Source of the DNA: Candidatus Woesearchaeota archaeon | Lineage (GTDB): Archaea > Nanobdellota > Nanobdellia > Woesearchaeales > UBA583 | Direction: 5' to 3' | NCBI GenBank assembly: GCA_965205335.1 | Contig: OZ242164.1 | Span: 896,001-960,000, forward strand | Length of the DNA stretch: 64,000 nucleotides | Shown: piece by piece, positions 1 to 10,184 of the stretch | Layout: each line of letters begins with the position of its first letter | Position numbering within the stretch: the first letter of the stretch is position 1 | Notes under the pieces: model-generated | Told to the model about the DNA's origin: nothing | Database searches by the model: none | What the model saw: the letters and a program-made list of their open reading frames with translations, nothing else | Made by a program: the position numbers and the translations under genes

Positions 1-33
1 CACAATAATTATTTAAAAACTTATACATAATAA

Positions 34-160
34 GGCTCTGTCCAAAAATTGTTTTCTCCAAAATCCATACTAATTATATTCAATCAAAGAAAAAAACTAT
101 TTGTCAAAAATTACTTTATTGATACAATATTTAAGTTATCTTAAATTTATGGACAGAGCC
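34..160. mobile_element. MITE (127 bp) with IS5/IS903-like terminal inverted repeats
   Basis: Starts GGCTCTGTCCAAAAATT and ends AATTTATGGACAGAGCC, nearly the same as the ends of the IS at 27042 and 31606; no ORF; no clear target duplication. Confidence 0.85.
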
Positions 161-239
161 TATTTTCTGAGTTGTTAAGTTAAAGGAGGATAATTTATTA
201 AAATTATAATTTTATTTCAAATTCACTATTTTCAAGGAG

Positions 240-622
240 AAAAAAACTAAGAATGTCGCTAAGAATGTCGCTAAAAGTAATAAAGAGAAAAGATTGGATT
301 CTATATTAGAGAAAATTAAAAATGAAGAGAAGGTAACGATTAGAGAATTAATTCATACGAGAAGTTTAGATATCGATTTTTAAGTTGATAGAAATTATTT
401 TAAAGTTATTCTCTGGAGAGATATCGTAACTGATAAGAAAGAAAAAAATGGAACTACCCAGAAAACTACCCAGAAAATCACTCACAAAACTACTAAGAAA
501 ATAGTTACTTTGATTATGAAAAATCCTAAAGTTAGCAAGAGAGAATTATCCCAGTTAGACGGGATTAGTGAAGACGGGGTTAAATTCCAACTAGATAAAC
601 TGAAAAGAGAAGATATTAAACC
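240..622 (+). pseudogene. Fragments of winged-HTH C-termini with 4-aa repeat linkers (HATPase_c_4/RecG-like or Fic-type proteins)
   Basis: KNVAKNVAK..RLDSILEKIKNEEKVTIREL, and TTQKTTQKITHKTTKKI followed by the HTH NPKVSKRELSQLDGISEDGVKFQLDKLK; 12-bp tandem repeats at 247-274 and 453-500. Confidence 0.55.
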
Positions 623-930
623 AGGAAAAACAAATAATTGGAACTTTAAAAGAATTGAAATAGTATTATCTGATTTGTTACAGAACCCTTTACACCTAAA
701 CCTTTATAATTGCTTCTCTTAACGCTTCTTCTGGCAATTCAAGTTGTTCCTTTCTTTCTCTTCCTATTATATAAATCCAGTATTGTAAATCTGAACTCCA
801 TTTAAAGTTTCATTTTGGTAATCTTTTAATATATGTTTAATATTGTTTGTAATATGTTCAGGGATTTTAATGACATCTAATAAACCCAATAGATTAGATG
901 ATGACATTAAATTAAGTAAAGTCTCATTAA

Positions 931-1493
931 TCATTTTTTAATTAAGTTAAAGTGCCTAAATATAAATTTAGGTGTTTTCATAACTTTAATAATTTCTTCT
1001 TTGCAAATAATAGGAATTTTTATATATAATTTATAATCTGCTTTTCTATTTTCTTCAGTTATAATGTGTGGATCAAAACCTTCTTTTGTTAGATATTTAG
1101 AGTATAAATTAGATATAAATCGGCAGAACTTTCTTTAAAATCTCTTATTTCTTTTTCAATTAATTGCTCTTTCGTTAAATTCTCATTTTCTTTGTTTTTT
1201 AGAAATTTCTCATTATCTTTTATATAATGTTTTTCTGCAAGTGTATCAAAATCATTTTGTAAAAATTCTGTATCTATTATTTTGTTTTTGTTTTCTTTAT
1301 ATAGACCCAATTCCATTTTTAAACCTTTATTGTATATTTCATCAAAAACTTTATCTAAAATTATAATTTTTTCTTCTTCTATTTGTTTTCTATGAAAATT
1401 AATTAAAAGTTTGAAATTTTCTCCATAATCATTATAGTAGAAATTTAAACTTATAAAAAAATTAGTATCAGGAATAAAGACTTCTTTATTCAT
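931..1493 (-). pseudogene. DUF4411-like PIN-domain protein, frameshifted
   Basis: N-terminal PDTNFFI and ADLYLI; after a 1-nt shift near 1105 the frame continues YSKYLTKEGFDPHIITEE..KIPIIC to TGA at 931. Confidence 0.7.
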
Positions 1494-2742
1494 TCCCTAT
1501 GCCTCCATTCCTTAAATAATAAACATCATCAATTCTATCTTCAATATAATTTATTTCAAGCAATTTCTGATGGAGAAGAGATTTATATTCTGTTCTTTGT
1601 GGTACGAAAAATTTCTTGTTTGGATTTTCCTTCTCATATTTCTCTTTCTTTTTCTGTAATTCTTCTCTTTCTCTTTTCAATCCTGCTTCATAATTCTCTT
1701 TTATTTAATTTAATTTATTTCTATAATGTATTTCATCTATTTTGTTTAAATTCCTTAATCCTGTATAGAGGGAAGAATAACTTAAAAATGTCTTATTGTA
1801 AAAAATTTCAATATTCTCTTTTTGTAGATTATTTTCTTTTTTAGCAAACTCCAAATTCTCAAATGAAGTTTTATATTCATATAATTCAAAATAAAAAGCA
1901 AAGTTATAACACCAATTCTCAATTTTATTATTTGTAATTTTAAATTTCTCTTCAATCCCTTCTACTTCTTCCTCATCAATTAAATAATGTGCAAATTCAT
2001 GGAGTAAAGTAAATGTTTCTTTTCTAACTGATTTTTGCTGTTTCAAAACTATTAAGTATGGACTTATAAAAAAGCCATCAAATTTTAATTTTTCTTTGTT
2101 CCATCTTTCTTGCCAATATTCTTTATGTTCAAAAATAAAGATATTATTATTTTCTATTATTTTAAAGAGTGTTTTTAGATATTTGCTTTTCCCCCCCTCT
2201 GAATTCTTGTTCTCATCTTGAAAGAATTTTGTGTTTAAGTTCTCTTTTTCATAAATCTTAAAGAACTCTCTAATCTCTTTTACAACATCCAAGACATCAT
2301 CAGTTTTATAGTTATATTTTCTAAAAACTCTTTTAACATCATAATTTATATTCTGTGCTAAAATCTCACATTCTAATCTTTTATCCTCAAATTTAGATAC
2401 AACTTTTATATCTTCAAAGTTTAAATCATCCACAACTTTTTTTCTAAAGAAGATACTCTTTGATTTTGTTTTCTCTATATTTTCCATAGATGTGTAAAAG
2501 GAAATTCCTTTGTCAAAGATTTTATCAATTTTCTTTAAAAGAGATAATTTTATTTTATCTTTTTTTAAATCTTGGATTTTCACTTTATTTTTAGTTCCTT
2601 CATTAATTTTATCCAAGACAAAATCAATATCTACATTAAAATAATATAAAAGGTATTGTAATCTGTTAAAATTAAAATTTACTTCAAATTTGTTGCTAAA
2701 ACTTCTATCTTTTAAAGGATTTAGAATATTTTTAGACTTCAT
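1486..2742 (-). pseudogene. ImmA/IrrE family metallopeptidase with degenerate N-terminal HTH, one in-frame stop
   Basis: FTLLHEFAH zinc motif and ENWC; ORFs 1705-2742 and 1486-1680 are in the same frame, separated only by TAA at 1705-1707. Confidence 0.8.
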
Positions 2743-3012
2743 ATCTTATTTAATAATCTTTCTCTTACTTTAAATGTCTTTCTATTAACAGGTTCTGGTC
2801 AATTTGGGTAGGTAGTTAAAATTCTGTTTATTTTTAGGATATTTACTAAATAAAATTAGGTTATGGTTATTTTTGGTCACCTGATAATAATTATTAATTT
2901 TATTTCAACAACATTTCTATCTTATTATATTCATTTTATCTCACCTCAAAACAAATACCCTTTAAATTCTTATTAATCTCTTCCTCCAATTTATCACTTT
3001 TCTTATTGTAAA

Positions 3013-3270
3013 TCATTTTAAAATTTCCCAATGTCCTGCACTTGTTTTTCCAACCCTTCTTATTGCATTCTTAGATTTCAACTTCTCAATGTATTCTTTA
3101 ACAGTATCAGAACTAATACCTAACTTAATTGCCAACTCATTTCTTGAAATTTTAGAATTTGCTTGTACTTCCAACAACATCTTTTTTTCTAATTCAGTAA
3201 GTTCAACTTGGGGGGTATCTTGGGGAGTATCTTAGAGGGTATCTTGGTGGGTAGAAAATCTTCTTAAAAT
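3013..3270 (-). pseudogene. Winged-HTH C-terminal fragment with DTPQ repeat linker
   Basis: THQDTL*DTPQDTPQVELTELEKKML..SRNELAIKLGISSDTVKEYIEKLK..RRVGKTSAGHWEIL; 12-bp repeats at 3207-3253; internal stop. Confidence 0.7.
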
Positions 3271-3393
3271 AATTATGCATAATAACAAAAAAAAACACCT
3301 AAAACGATATGATTCGTTGTAGTTTGTTTACAATTGCATACAATTTGGAAAAGTTTCAAAATTAAACATTATTTTTTCGAGTTGTTAATTCTT

Positions 3394-3509
3394 AAATTGT
3401 TTTCTCCAAAATCTATGCTAAATATATTCAATCAAAGAAAAAAACTATTTTTCAAAAATTGCTTTATTGATACAATATTTTAAGTTCTCTTGAATTTCTG
3501 GACAAAGCC
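3394..3509. mobile_element. Second, left-truncated and diverged copy of the 34-160 MITE
   Basis: Aligns with 46-160 (AAATTGTTTTCTCCAAAATC..TATATTCAATCAAAGAAAAAAACTATTT..GGACAAAGCC). Confidence 0.85.
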
Positions 3510-3555
3510 CATAGCATAAATCCATATAGACATTAATTGCAATCTAACAACAAAA

Positions 3556-4254
3556 TCAAACATATCTCTCAAAATAAATATCTTCTTCTGATGCTCCTTT
3601 CTCTAACAATTTATTCTTAACCTCTTCTACCATCAAAGACAAACCGCAAACATAAAACTCAGAATTCAATACATCTACTCCATCTAAATTATCCTGAGTA
3701 TACCCTATTCTTCCTTCCCATTTCTCAGTTGGCTTTGATATAACTGGAGTAAACTTAAAATTTGGATTATTCTCTTCAATTTCCCTAAACTCCTTCTCAA
3801 ACAAAATTTCATCTTTATATCTAATCCCAAGTATCAAATGCATTTGCTTATCCGTTCCATTTTCAATAAGATTTAATATCATTGACCGAAGAGGACTAAT
3901 TCCTGTTCCAGTTGCAATAAAAACTATCTTCTCCTTTTGGGATTCATCATCCAATGCAAAAAGTCCCAAAGGACCTTTAACCTTAACCTTATCTCCTATT
4001 TTCTTTCTAAAAAGATATGGTGTTGTTCTTCCATTCTCAACAAGATTTACACACAACTCTATTTGTCTTTTCAACTTATTTGATGATGCTATTGAATAAG
4101 GCTTTAAGAATCTCTTCCCCTCCGATTCAAAAATCAAATTTACAAATTGCCCGGGCTTAAAACTAATCTCCTTATCCAAATCTATCGTGAATAACTTTGT
4201 ACTTTTCCCCTCATTCTCTATCTTTGAAAACACACCATTAAAACCAGATACCAT
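3556..4254 (-). CDS. FAD/NAD(P)-binding oxidoreductase (ferredoxin-NADP reductase family)
   Basis: FKPGQF, PYSIAS, GPLG, FIATGTGISP, YVCG and C-terminal FERY motifs. Confidence 0.9.
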   Translation of the reverse strand: MVSGFNGVFSKIENEGKSTKLFTIDLDKEISFKPGQFVNLIFESEGKRFLKPYSIASSNKLKRQIELCVNLVENGRTTPYLFRKKIGDKVKVKGPLGLFALDDESQKEKIVFIATGTGISPLRSMILNLIENGTDKQMHLILGIRYKDEILFEKEFREIEENNPNFKFTPVISKPTEKWEGRIGYTQDNLDGVDVLNSEFYVCGLSLMVEEVKNKLLEKGASEEDIYFERYV

Positions 4255-4303
4255 TATACGAAAAACAACAGGCGCACCATTTAAATCATTTGTGTTTTAG
4301 AAC

Positions 4304-4573
4304 TTAACACAAATCTAAATGATGTTTATACATAACTGCCACATCCTTATCTAGTTTTTTCAGATTAATTATTATCTGCTCTCTAATATCTTTAGAATCT
4401 ATATGCGAATGACTCTTAGTCCACTTTGTAACTCTCTTTGAAACCACATCTGCAAGTTTCTCAGATTTCTCTTCACTATAATGAGAATTCAATGCAGCAG
4501 CATAAACACTTGCATAAACCTTCTTCTCATCATACTCTTCAATATTTGACTTTCTTTTAATAGTTAGTACCAT
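4304..4573 (-). CDS. Stand-alone ATP-cone domain protein
   Basis: IKRKSNIEEYDEKKV..IDSKDIREQI..VAVMY pattern. Confidence 0.75.
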   Translation of the reverse strand: MVLTIKRKSNIEEYDEKKVYASVYAAALNSHYSEEKSEKLADVVSKRVTKWTKSHSHIDSKDIREQIIINLKKLDKDVAVMYKHHLDLC

Positions 4574-4574
4574 T

Positions 4575-5282
4575 TTAATTTAAATTAATTGTCCCGTTTG
4601 CAATAAGCATTAACAACCACCCAAGCCCGATTAACAATAAACCTGCGGCAAGTCTCATATATGACTTATTTGACTGCTTCCAGTTTTGAATAGACGAAAG
4701 TTTCATCCCAATCACTGTAAGTATTAAAATTACAATAAGTGGAAGCACAAATATAATATTATATATTACAAGTAATATAAGAGCCGCTAAATTGAAATTC
4801 TGTGCCAAAATTAATGTAATTGCAAGATAAGGTCCTCCTGTGCAGGGAAGTTCAACAGATGCAACAAATATCCCTAAAAAGATTACTGTTCCGACAGACA
4901 CATTCTGCATTTTTTTCTGGATTTTTTTGGCATATTCTTTTGGGATACTTAATGATATACTTTTACCATACCAGAAATAATCCTTTATCTCAAGCAGTCC
5001 CGCCATTACAACAAGAGTTCCAACCACAATTGATATATATTCTGCAACATATAACGGAATATTTGCCATAAAGGCTATAAGTCCCAAGCCAAACAAAAAA
5101 TAAGTAGTAAAAACTGCAAAGACATACAAAAGTCCTATTTTGATCATCTTGCTTTTCTTCTTTGACACAAGAATGGTTGACAAAAGCAAAATCATAACCC
5201 CAATAGCACAAGGATTAATACTATCAATTAAAGCAGTTAGAACAATAGTTGTAAGTTGTGGTAATTCCAATTCAACTACCAT
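4575..5282 (-). CDS. CcdA/DsbD-like (cytochrome c biogenesis family) membrane protein
   Basis: DSINPCA and ELPCTG cysteine motifs; about 6 TM segments. Confidence 0.85.
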   Translation of the reverse strand: MVVELELPQLTTIVLTALIDSINPCAIGVMILLLSTILVSKKKSKMIKIGLLYVFAVFTTYFLFGLGLIAFMANIPLYVAEYISIVVGTLVVMAGLLEIKDYFWYGKSISLSIPKEYAKKIQKKMQNVSVGTVIFLGIFVASVELPCTGGPYLAITLILAQNFNLAALILLVIYNIIFVLPLIVILILTVIGMKLSSIQNWKQSNKSYMRLAAGLLLIGLGWLLMLIANGTINLN

Positions 5283-6046
5283 TATTCCACCACCTCATAT
5301 CCTTTCTGTTCATCATAAACCCAATCATCACTTCCCCATGGATCATATTCTTTTCTCAATTCCTTATAATTCTCATATGTCCATCCCTGAGCTGCCCATG
5401 AATTACAGATTCTGTCAGTTTTATTTGGCAAATCTACTCCAAACTCTACAATTACACAATCTCCTGATGGAACTAAAGGGTGAGGATAATACATATAATT
5501 TTGAACATCCTTGATTCTCATTCCATTTACATATACTGCTAATTCTCCAGATAAATTACCGCACAAATCCCCATTACTTACCTTAATTGTTCCCTTATCC
5601 TCTGTTGGAAATACTAATTTAGAATTTGTCAATTCTCCTCCTATCACCTTAAAAAATGAATCAAAATCTATCTCTGAAATATCATCAACAGTTCCTTCCA
5701 CATGAACCCTATTATCATTATGTTCATGAAATAAAGGAGTTCCAACTTTATTCTTTAGTCCTTTCGGGTTTATCAAGTCTAACTCTTCACCGCACACCCA
5801 AACCCTAAAATCTGCATGCCAATGGACAGGACCCTTTGTCTCAGAATTAATATTTTTATATACAGTATGTCCTCCCAAATACAGAGTTGATAACAATACT
5901 GGAATTATAAACAATAAGAATAACACTTTTTTACAATTCTTGCTTTTACACTTACTTGGCGGAAAAACAATCACAAAAAATGATAATATAAAGATCCATA
6001 ATGCAGTCAGAATAATATATAATGTAGGGTCTGAATAATTTACCAT
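5282..6046 (-). CDS. Membrane-anchored His-rich hypothetical protein
   Basis: Two N-terminal TM segments; HWHAD and FHEHNDNRVHVEG motifs. Confidence 0.7.
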   Translation of the reverse strand: MVNYSDPTLYIILTALWIFILSFFVIVFPPSKCKSKNCKKVLFLLFIIPVLLSTLYLGGHTVYKNINSETKGPVHWHADFRVWVCGEELDLINPKGLKNKVGTPLFHEHNDNRVHVEGTVDDISEIDFDSFFKVIGGELTNSKLVFPTEDKGTIKVSNGDLCGNLSGELAVYVNGMRIKDVQNYMYYPHPLVPSGDCVIVEFGVDLPNKTDRICNSWAAQGWTYENYKELRKEYDPWGSDDWVYDEQKGYEVVE

Positions 6047-6367
6047 TTATCTATTCCTTTTGATATTACCATTAAAGTCAGTTCATAAATCCCTTTAAGT
6101 ATTGCAATCCAGAAAACAATGATAAGAAATGCTGTAAGATACATCTCTTTTTCTAAGTATTTAAAAGGAAGTATATCTGAAACTGTCTGTGATTTTTCCT
6201 CTGATTCCTCTTCATGGACATCATCCACTCCTTCATAGGCTAAGACTATTGGCATAACAAAAAGAATTACAAGAACCCAAACTACTCTCTTGAATCTAAC
6301 AAAAGGGGCAACCTTCTTCTTCCTCTTCATGCTTCTTTTCTTTCTCTGGTTTTTCTTTATCTACCAT
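6040..6367 (-). CDS. Small membrane protein; probable true start 6367 (CPFC peptide) with a 1-nt frame discontinuity near 6299
   Basis: ORF 6040-6330 has two hydrophobic segments; upstream ATG 6367 follows a TATA box and reads MVDKEKPEKEKKHEEEEEGCPFC-TAG. Confidence 0.55.
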
Positions 6368-6456
6368 ATAAATTATCACTTAACTGTATTATTTATAAAG
6401 ATTTATTGTATTAGTTAAGGGAATACACAACAAATATTAAGTTTCAAAATAAAGAA

Positions 6457-7152
6457 TTATATATTTTTCATAAGATTCTTCAAATCTTTTATAAAATTAT
6501 CAAACATCTTCACATTATGACTCTCTTCAACATTAGTTTCACTCAAAACATATCCACAATCGGTATCCACTTCAACTATTGCCCTTCCCTTTTTAGAAGG
6601 TTTTTTAATCCTTAACGTCTCATCCTCATCAGGAGTTACAAAATAAACCTTAATATGTTTTGTTGCATCATCCAAAGAAAGTTTAAACTTCCAATAACCA
6701 GTCAGGGCTACCCTCTCTCTTAATGTAACTTTACTTGAAAGAACCACAATAACCTTACTTGTTTTTGGCTCATAAATAATTATATCTACATCTGGAAGAT
6801 GTGAACCAAATTCCCCATAATCAATAAGCAAATTTCTTTTTACTTGACTCAATTCCTTTGATAAATTTTCAGATTTTGTTCTTTCAAGAGAATTACCATC
6901 TACAATACTTAATCCCAAAGTCCTTACTTCATCAGAAATAATATGAATAATCAGTTTTTCAAGATTTTTGCCCTTGAAGGCTCTCCAAAATTGCTCATGA
7001 TCTCCACTTGCCGTTGGGTTCATTTCCCAATATTTTTTATGTAAAATCTTTGCCTCTCTAAGGAGTTTAGAAATATGTCTGTATGCATTAACTCCATATC
7101 TTCTCTGATTTTCTTCATAAAGTTCTTTTAAATCCTCAAACTTCATTACCAT
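6457..7152 (-). CDS. Type II restriction endonuclease, BsaWI-like
   Basis: FKGKNLE, PDVDIIIY and SSKVTLRER (PD..SxKxxLRER) motifs; overlaps the MTase stop. Confidence 0.8.
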   Translation of the reverse strand: MVMKFEDLKELYEENQRRYGVNAYRHISKLLREAKILHKKYWEMNPTASGDHEQFWRAFKGKNLEKLIIHIISDEVRTLGLSIVDGNSLERTKSENLSKELSQVKRNLLIDYGEFGSHLPDVDIIIYEPKTSKVIVVLSSKVTLRERVALTGYWKFKLSLDDATKHIKVYFVTPDEDETLRIKKPSKKGRAIVEVDTDCGYVLSETNVEESHNVKMFDNFIKDLKNLMKNI

Positions 7153-8587
7153 CTTTCTTGAATTTCTCCATTACTAAAATATATTCATAAGAATAAGCCA
7201 ATCTGTTAGCATTTTGTTTTGAAGTAAATCTTCCAGTTTTTGAATCTCTTGTCTGAGGTAACACCTTTGATGGAATCTTTCTCTTTATTATATTATGTAC
7301 CTTAAAACCAATATTTAACATAATTTCAACAAAAACTTGAGCATTTAATATTGGAACTCCCCTTAATTCCGTATTTCCAATCACAATACAAGTTCTGCCC
7401 TTGCGCTTTAAAACTCTACACATTTCCTCAAAGCATTCTTGCATCTCAAAAAAATAATTTCTCACTGCCTCTGATTCATTTTTGGATTTTTTACTTAATT
7501 CTATTATCTCCTGTTTTGCTAATTCGCTCTTAATTCCATTGTAATCAGATTCTTTTTTATGAATTGAACCAATAAAGTCCTTTCTAAATTCACTCACACT
7601 ATTGGTGTATCCAAGCCACAAAGCACTAAGTTGATGCAAGTCTGCATACTCATATGAAGTAACATAAGGAGGAGAAGTTACAATTAAACTAACAGAATTA
7701 TTTTCTATGATAAGATTTCTTGCATCTCCCTTCCTTAAATTCAAATAATTACTTAAATTATCCCTAACATCAGAAGGCAGAACTTCCCAATAAGTATCAT
7801 TACCTTTAACCATTTTCATAATTTGTCTTGTGAATAATTTTAGCGGAGAATCTATCCTTTTATTCAAATCCCTTGTTGGTTTTATGCTCTTCATTAGCCA
7901 AATAGAAGCATTCTTTAAAACATTTGAAAAGGCACATAAACAGAAATTACGGATGTCTTTATCATTAATTGTATCTATCCTTCCCAGAATTATACCCAAG
8001 TCATATCTTAATTTTTCGTTGGGAAACCAGTACTCAAGCCTTTCATTTTCCGGTATAACAGGCAGGATTTTTACATCTAATAAACTTTTTTGCCCATTGT
8101 CAGATTCAAAATAAGACCTTAAATCTGATAGGACTCTATTTATTTCATATTTCAATTTCTTGGGATTAATGGGAGTTGCTTTAACTTTGGAAATTAAATA
8201 AGCAACGGGATTTATATCAACTCCCACGACTTTTCTTTTCGCAACTAAAGATTCAATCAGAGTAGTTCCACAGCCCATAAATGGGTCACAAACAATATAA
8301 TCTACATCTGTATTCTCCTCAATACATCTCCTTGCAAGTTGGGGAATAAACTTGGCAGGATATTTATGAAAGCCATGAGTTGCATAAGATGTATCTTTTT
8401 GTGTTAAATCTTCAAAGACCCAACTTGGATCATCTTCCAAATGTTCAAAAATATGTTTTAATTCCACTTGTTTGTTAGGAACTTTCTCTATTAATACTCC
8501 TTTCTCAGTATGCAATAATTGTAAGTAATTCCTCTTTTTCTTCTTCGCTAATTTCTCAAATTGTAATTCCATTTTACAACTCTTCAC
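7136..8587 (-). CDS. Amino-DNA methyltransferase, probably N4-cytosine
   Basis: HKYPAKF, DPFMGCGTT and VTSPPY motifs. Confidence 0.9.
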   Translation of the reverse strand: MKSCKMELQFEKLAKKKKRNYLQLLHTEKGVLIEKVPNKQVELKHIFEHLEDDPSWVFEDLTQKDTSYATHGFHKYPAKFIPQLARRCIEENTDVDYIVCDPFMGCGTTLIESLVAKRKVVGVDINPVAYLISKVKATPINPKKLKYEINRVLSDLRSYFESDNGQKSLLDVKILPVIPENERLEYWFPNEKLRYDLGIILGRIDTINDKDIRNFCLCAFSNVLKNASIWLMKSIKPTRDLNKRIDSPLKLFTRQIMKMVKGNDTYWEVLPSDVRDNLSNYLNLRKGDARNLIIENNSVSLIVTSPPYVTSYEYADLHQLSALWLGYTNSVSEFRKDFIGSIHKKESDYNGIKSELAKQEIIELSKKSKNESEAVRNYFFEMQECFEEMCRVLKRKGRTCIVIGNTELRGVPILNAQVFVEIMLNIGFKVHNIIKRKIPSKVLPQTRDSKTGRFTSKQNANRLAYSYEYILVMEKFKKDGNEV

Positions 8588-8709
8588 AAAAATAATTATT
8601 TTTTACACTCTTAAATCTCATCTTTAAACACTCAGTATAATTATATTTATTAATACAAGAGATTATTATATATACCTTTCTAAGAGTATATAATAGAATA
8701 AAATCTTGA

Positions 8710-8781
8710 TGCACATACCGGGATTCGAACCCAGATCTCCGGCTTGGAAGGCCGGAATTCTAGCCGTTGAACTATATGTGC
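8710..8781 (-). tRNA. tRNA-Gly(TCC)
   Basis: GCACATA/TATGTGC acceptor stem, CCGGC-CTTCCAA-GCCGG anticodon arm, TTCGAAT T loop; CCA not encoded. Confidence 0.95.
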
Positions 8782-8893
8782 CCCTGAAAAAAGAAAATAA
8801 TTCTATTTTATAAGTCTTGTTATCTAAGATAACTTATATATTATCCTTTTAAATTAAGAAAACATTTTTAAACTTTCAAATCCTATATATCAT

Positions 8894-9529
8894 ATGAAAT
8901 CAAAAAAATTAAAGTTAATCCTTTTAATCTTTATTATCTTATTTGCCTTAATAGTTCTATTTATTTACAACACTCATAAATCGGTTGAACAAGAACTAAG
9001 TGAAGAAGATTTAGAATTAAGAGAACTTTTGAAAAATCAAAATATTCAATCTAATGAACCAAAAATAATAGAGATGGATTTAGAATCAAAGTCTAATGAA
9101 GAAACTGAAAACGAAACAATTGAAAACAATGACACTGTAATTTCGCAAACAGAAAGCCAATCTGAATTGGTATTAATAAAAAGCGGTAATTTTGATCCTA
9201 ATGCTACTGGCAGTGATACATTTCACAGAGGATGGGGTTCAGTCAAATTAGTTAAATTTGAAGGAAAACATAAAATTATCTTTGGGGAAGATTTTAGAGT
9301 AATCAATGGGCCTGATTACAAATTATATCTGCTTAAAGAACAAAATATCCAAACAGAAGATGAATTTAATAAAAATAAAGCAGATGCATATAGAATTGCT
9401 GATATAAAACAATTTAAAGGTTTTCAGACATTTGAAGTGCCCCAAGACATTAACCCTGATGAAATTGAAAGCGTTGTTATATGGTGCGAGAGTTTTAGCC
9501 AGTTCATATCATCTGCGAATTTATATTAA
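8894..9529 (+). CDS. DM13 domain protein, membrane anchored
   Basis: HRGWGSV, NGPDYKLYL and VVIWCESF motifs; N-terminal TM segment. Confidence 0.85.
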   Translation: MKSKKLKLILLIFIILFALIVLFIYNTHKSVEQELSEEDLELRELLKNQNIQSNEPKIIEMDLESKSNEETENETIENNDTVISQTESQSELVLIKSGNFDPNATGSDTFHRGWGSVKLVKFEGKHKIIFGEDFRVINGPDYKLYLLKEQNIQTEDEFNKNKADAYRIADIKQFKGFQTFEVPQDINPDEIESVVIWCESFSQFISSANLY

Positions 9530-10048
9530 TCATATTGAAGTTGTCCCTGTTCTTATGTTTTTGAGATAAAATTTAAAAATATCTTCTGGTGCTATAGATA
9601 TTGCATAGAACCCCCAATTGTGTCTATTAAACTCACTCTTTAATCTAAGTATATAATCTTTACTAAAACATTCTTCGCGAGGGACTATTAGAGATAAAGT
9701 TTCTAATCTTGGTTCTAAATTCTGTGTTAACTCCCTTAGATTTTCTGCTAACACATGTGAAAAAGGGTTGCCATAGACTAATACAAAAAGAGATCCTTCC
9801 TTATCTCTTTCTGCTACTTTTATTCTATATTTCAATCCCTCAATAAAAAATTTACCTGAAAATAAAAGTTTTTTATCATCTTTTGTTAATATTACTTCTT
9901 CCTCATCTGGAGATATTTGAGAAAAATGGTATGAGGAAGAATTTCTTATTCTATCAGGAAATGGTATTACTTTCCTGCGAGGAGTAGAATCATTTAAAAG
10001 AGCACTTTCAAGATCGTGTTTAGGAACTGGCTGTTGTATTGCTTGCAT
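9530..10048 (-). CDS. Hypothetical protein
   Basis: 172-aa ORF with TTTATAAA at about 10075-10082 upstream. Confidence 0.6.
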   Translation of the reverse strand: MQAIQQPVPKHDLESALLNDSTPRRKVIPFPDRIRNSSSYHFSQISPDEEEVILTKDDKKLLFSGKFFIEGLKYRIKVAERDKEGSLFVLVYGNPFSHVLAENLRELTQNLEPRLETLSLIVPREECFSKDYILRLKSEFNRHNWGFYAISIAPEDIFKFYLKNIRTGTTSI

Positions 10049-10097
10049 CCTAAAAAAATCTCCAGTAATTAATCTTTATAAACTTTTATATTATATG

Positions 10098-10184
10098 GGC
10101 TTTGTACGAAAAGTCTATATCTTGTATAAAAAAATTTTAAAGTATATTATATATTGATATTTTAGTTACTTTTCGTACAAAGCT
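10098..10184. mobile_element. MITE (87 bp), IS5/IS903-like ends, 9-bp target duplication
   Basis: Perfect 16-bp IR GCTTTGTACGAAAAGT (10099-10114 / 10168-10183); direct repeat TATTATATG at 10089-10097 and 10185-10193. Confidence 0.9.

Noticed and set aside
1705-1707. Stop-codon reassignment
   Set aside because: TAA, TAG and TGA all terminate conserved genes in this window; this is an isolated nonsense lesion
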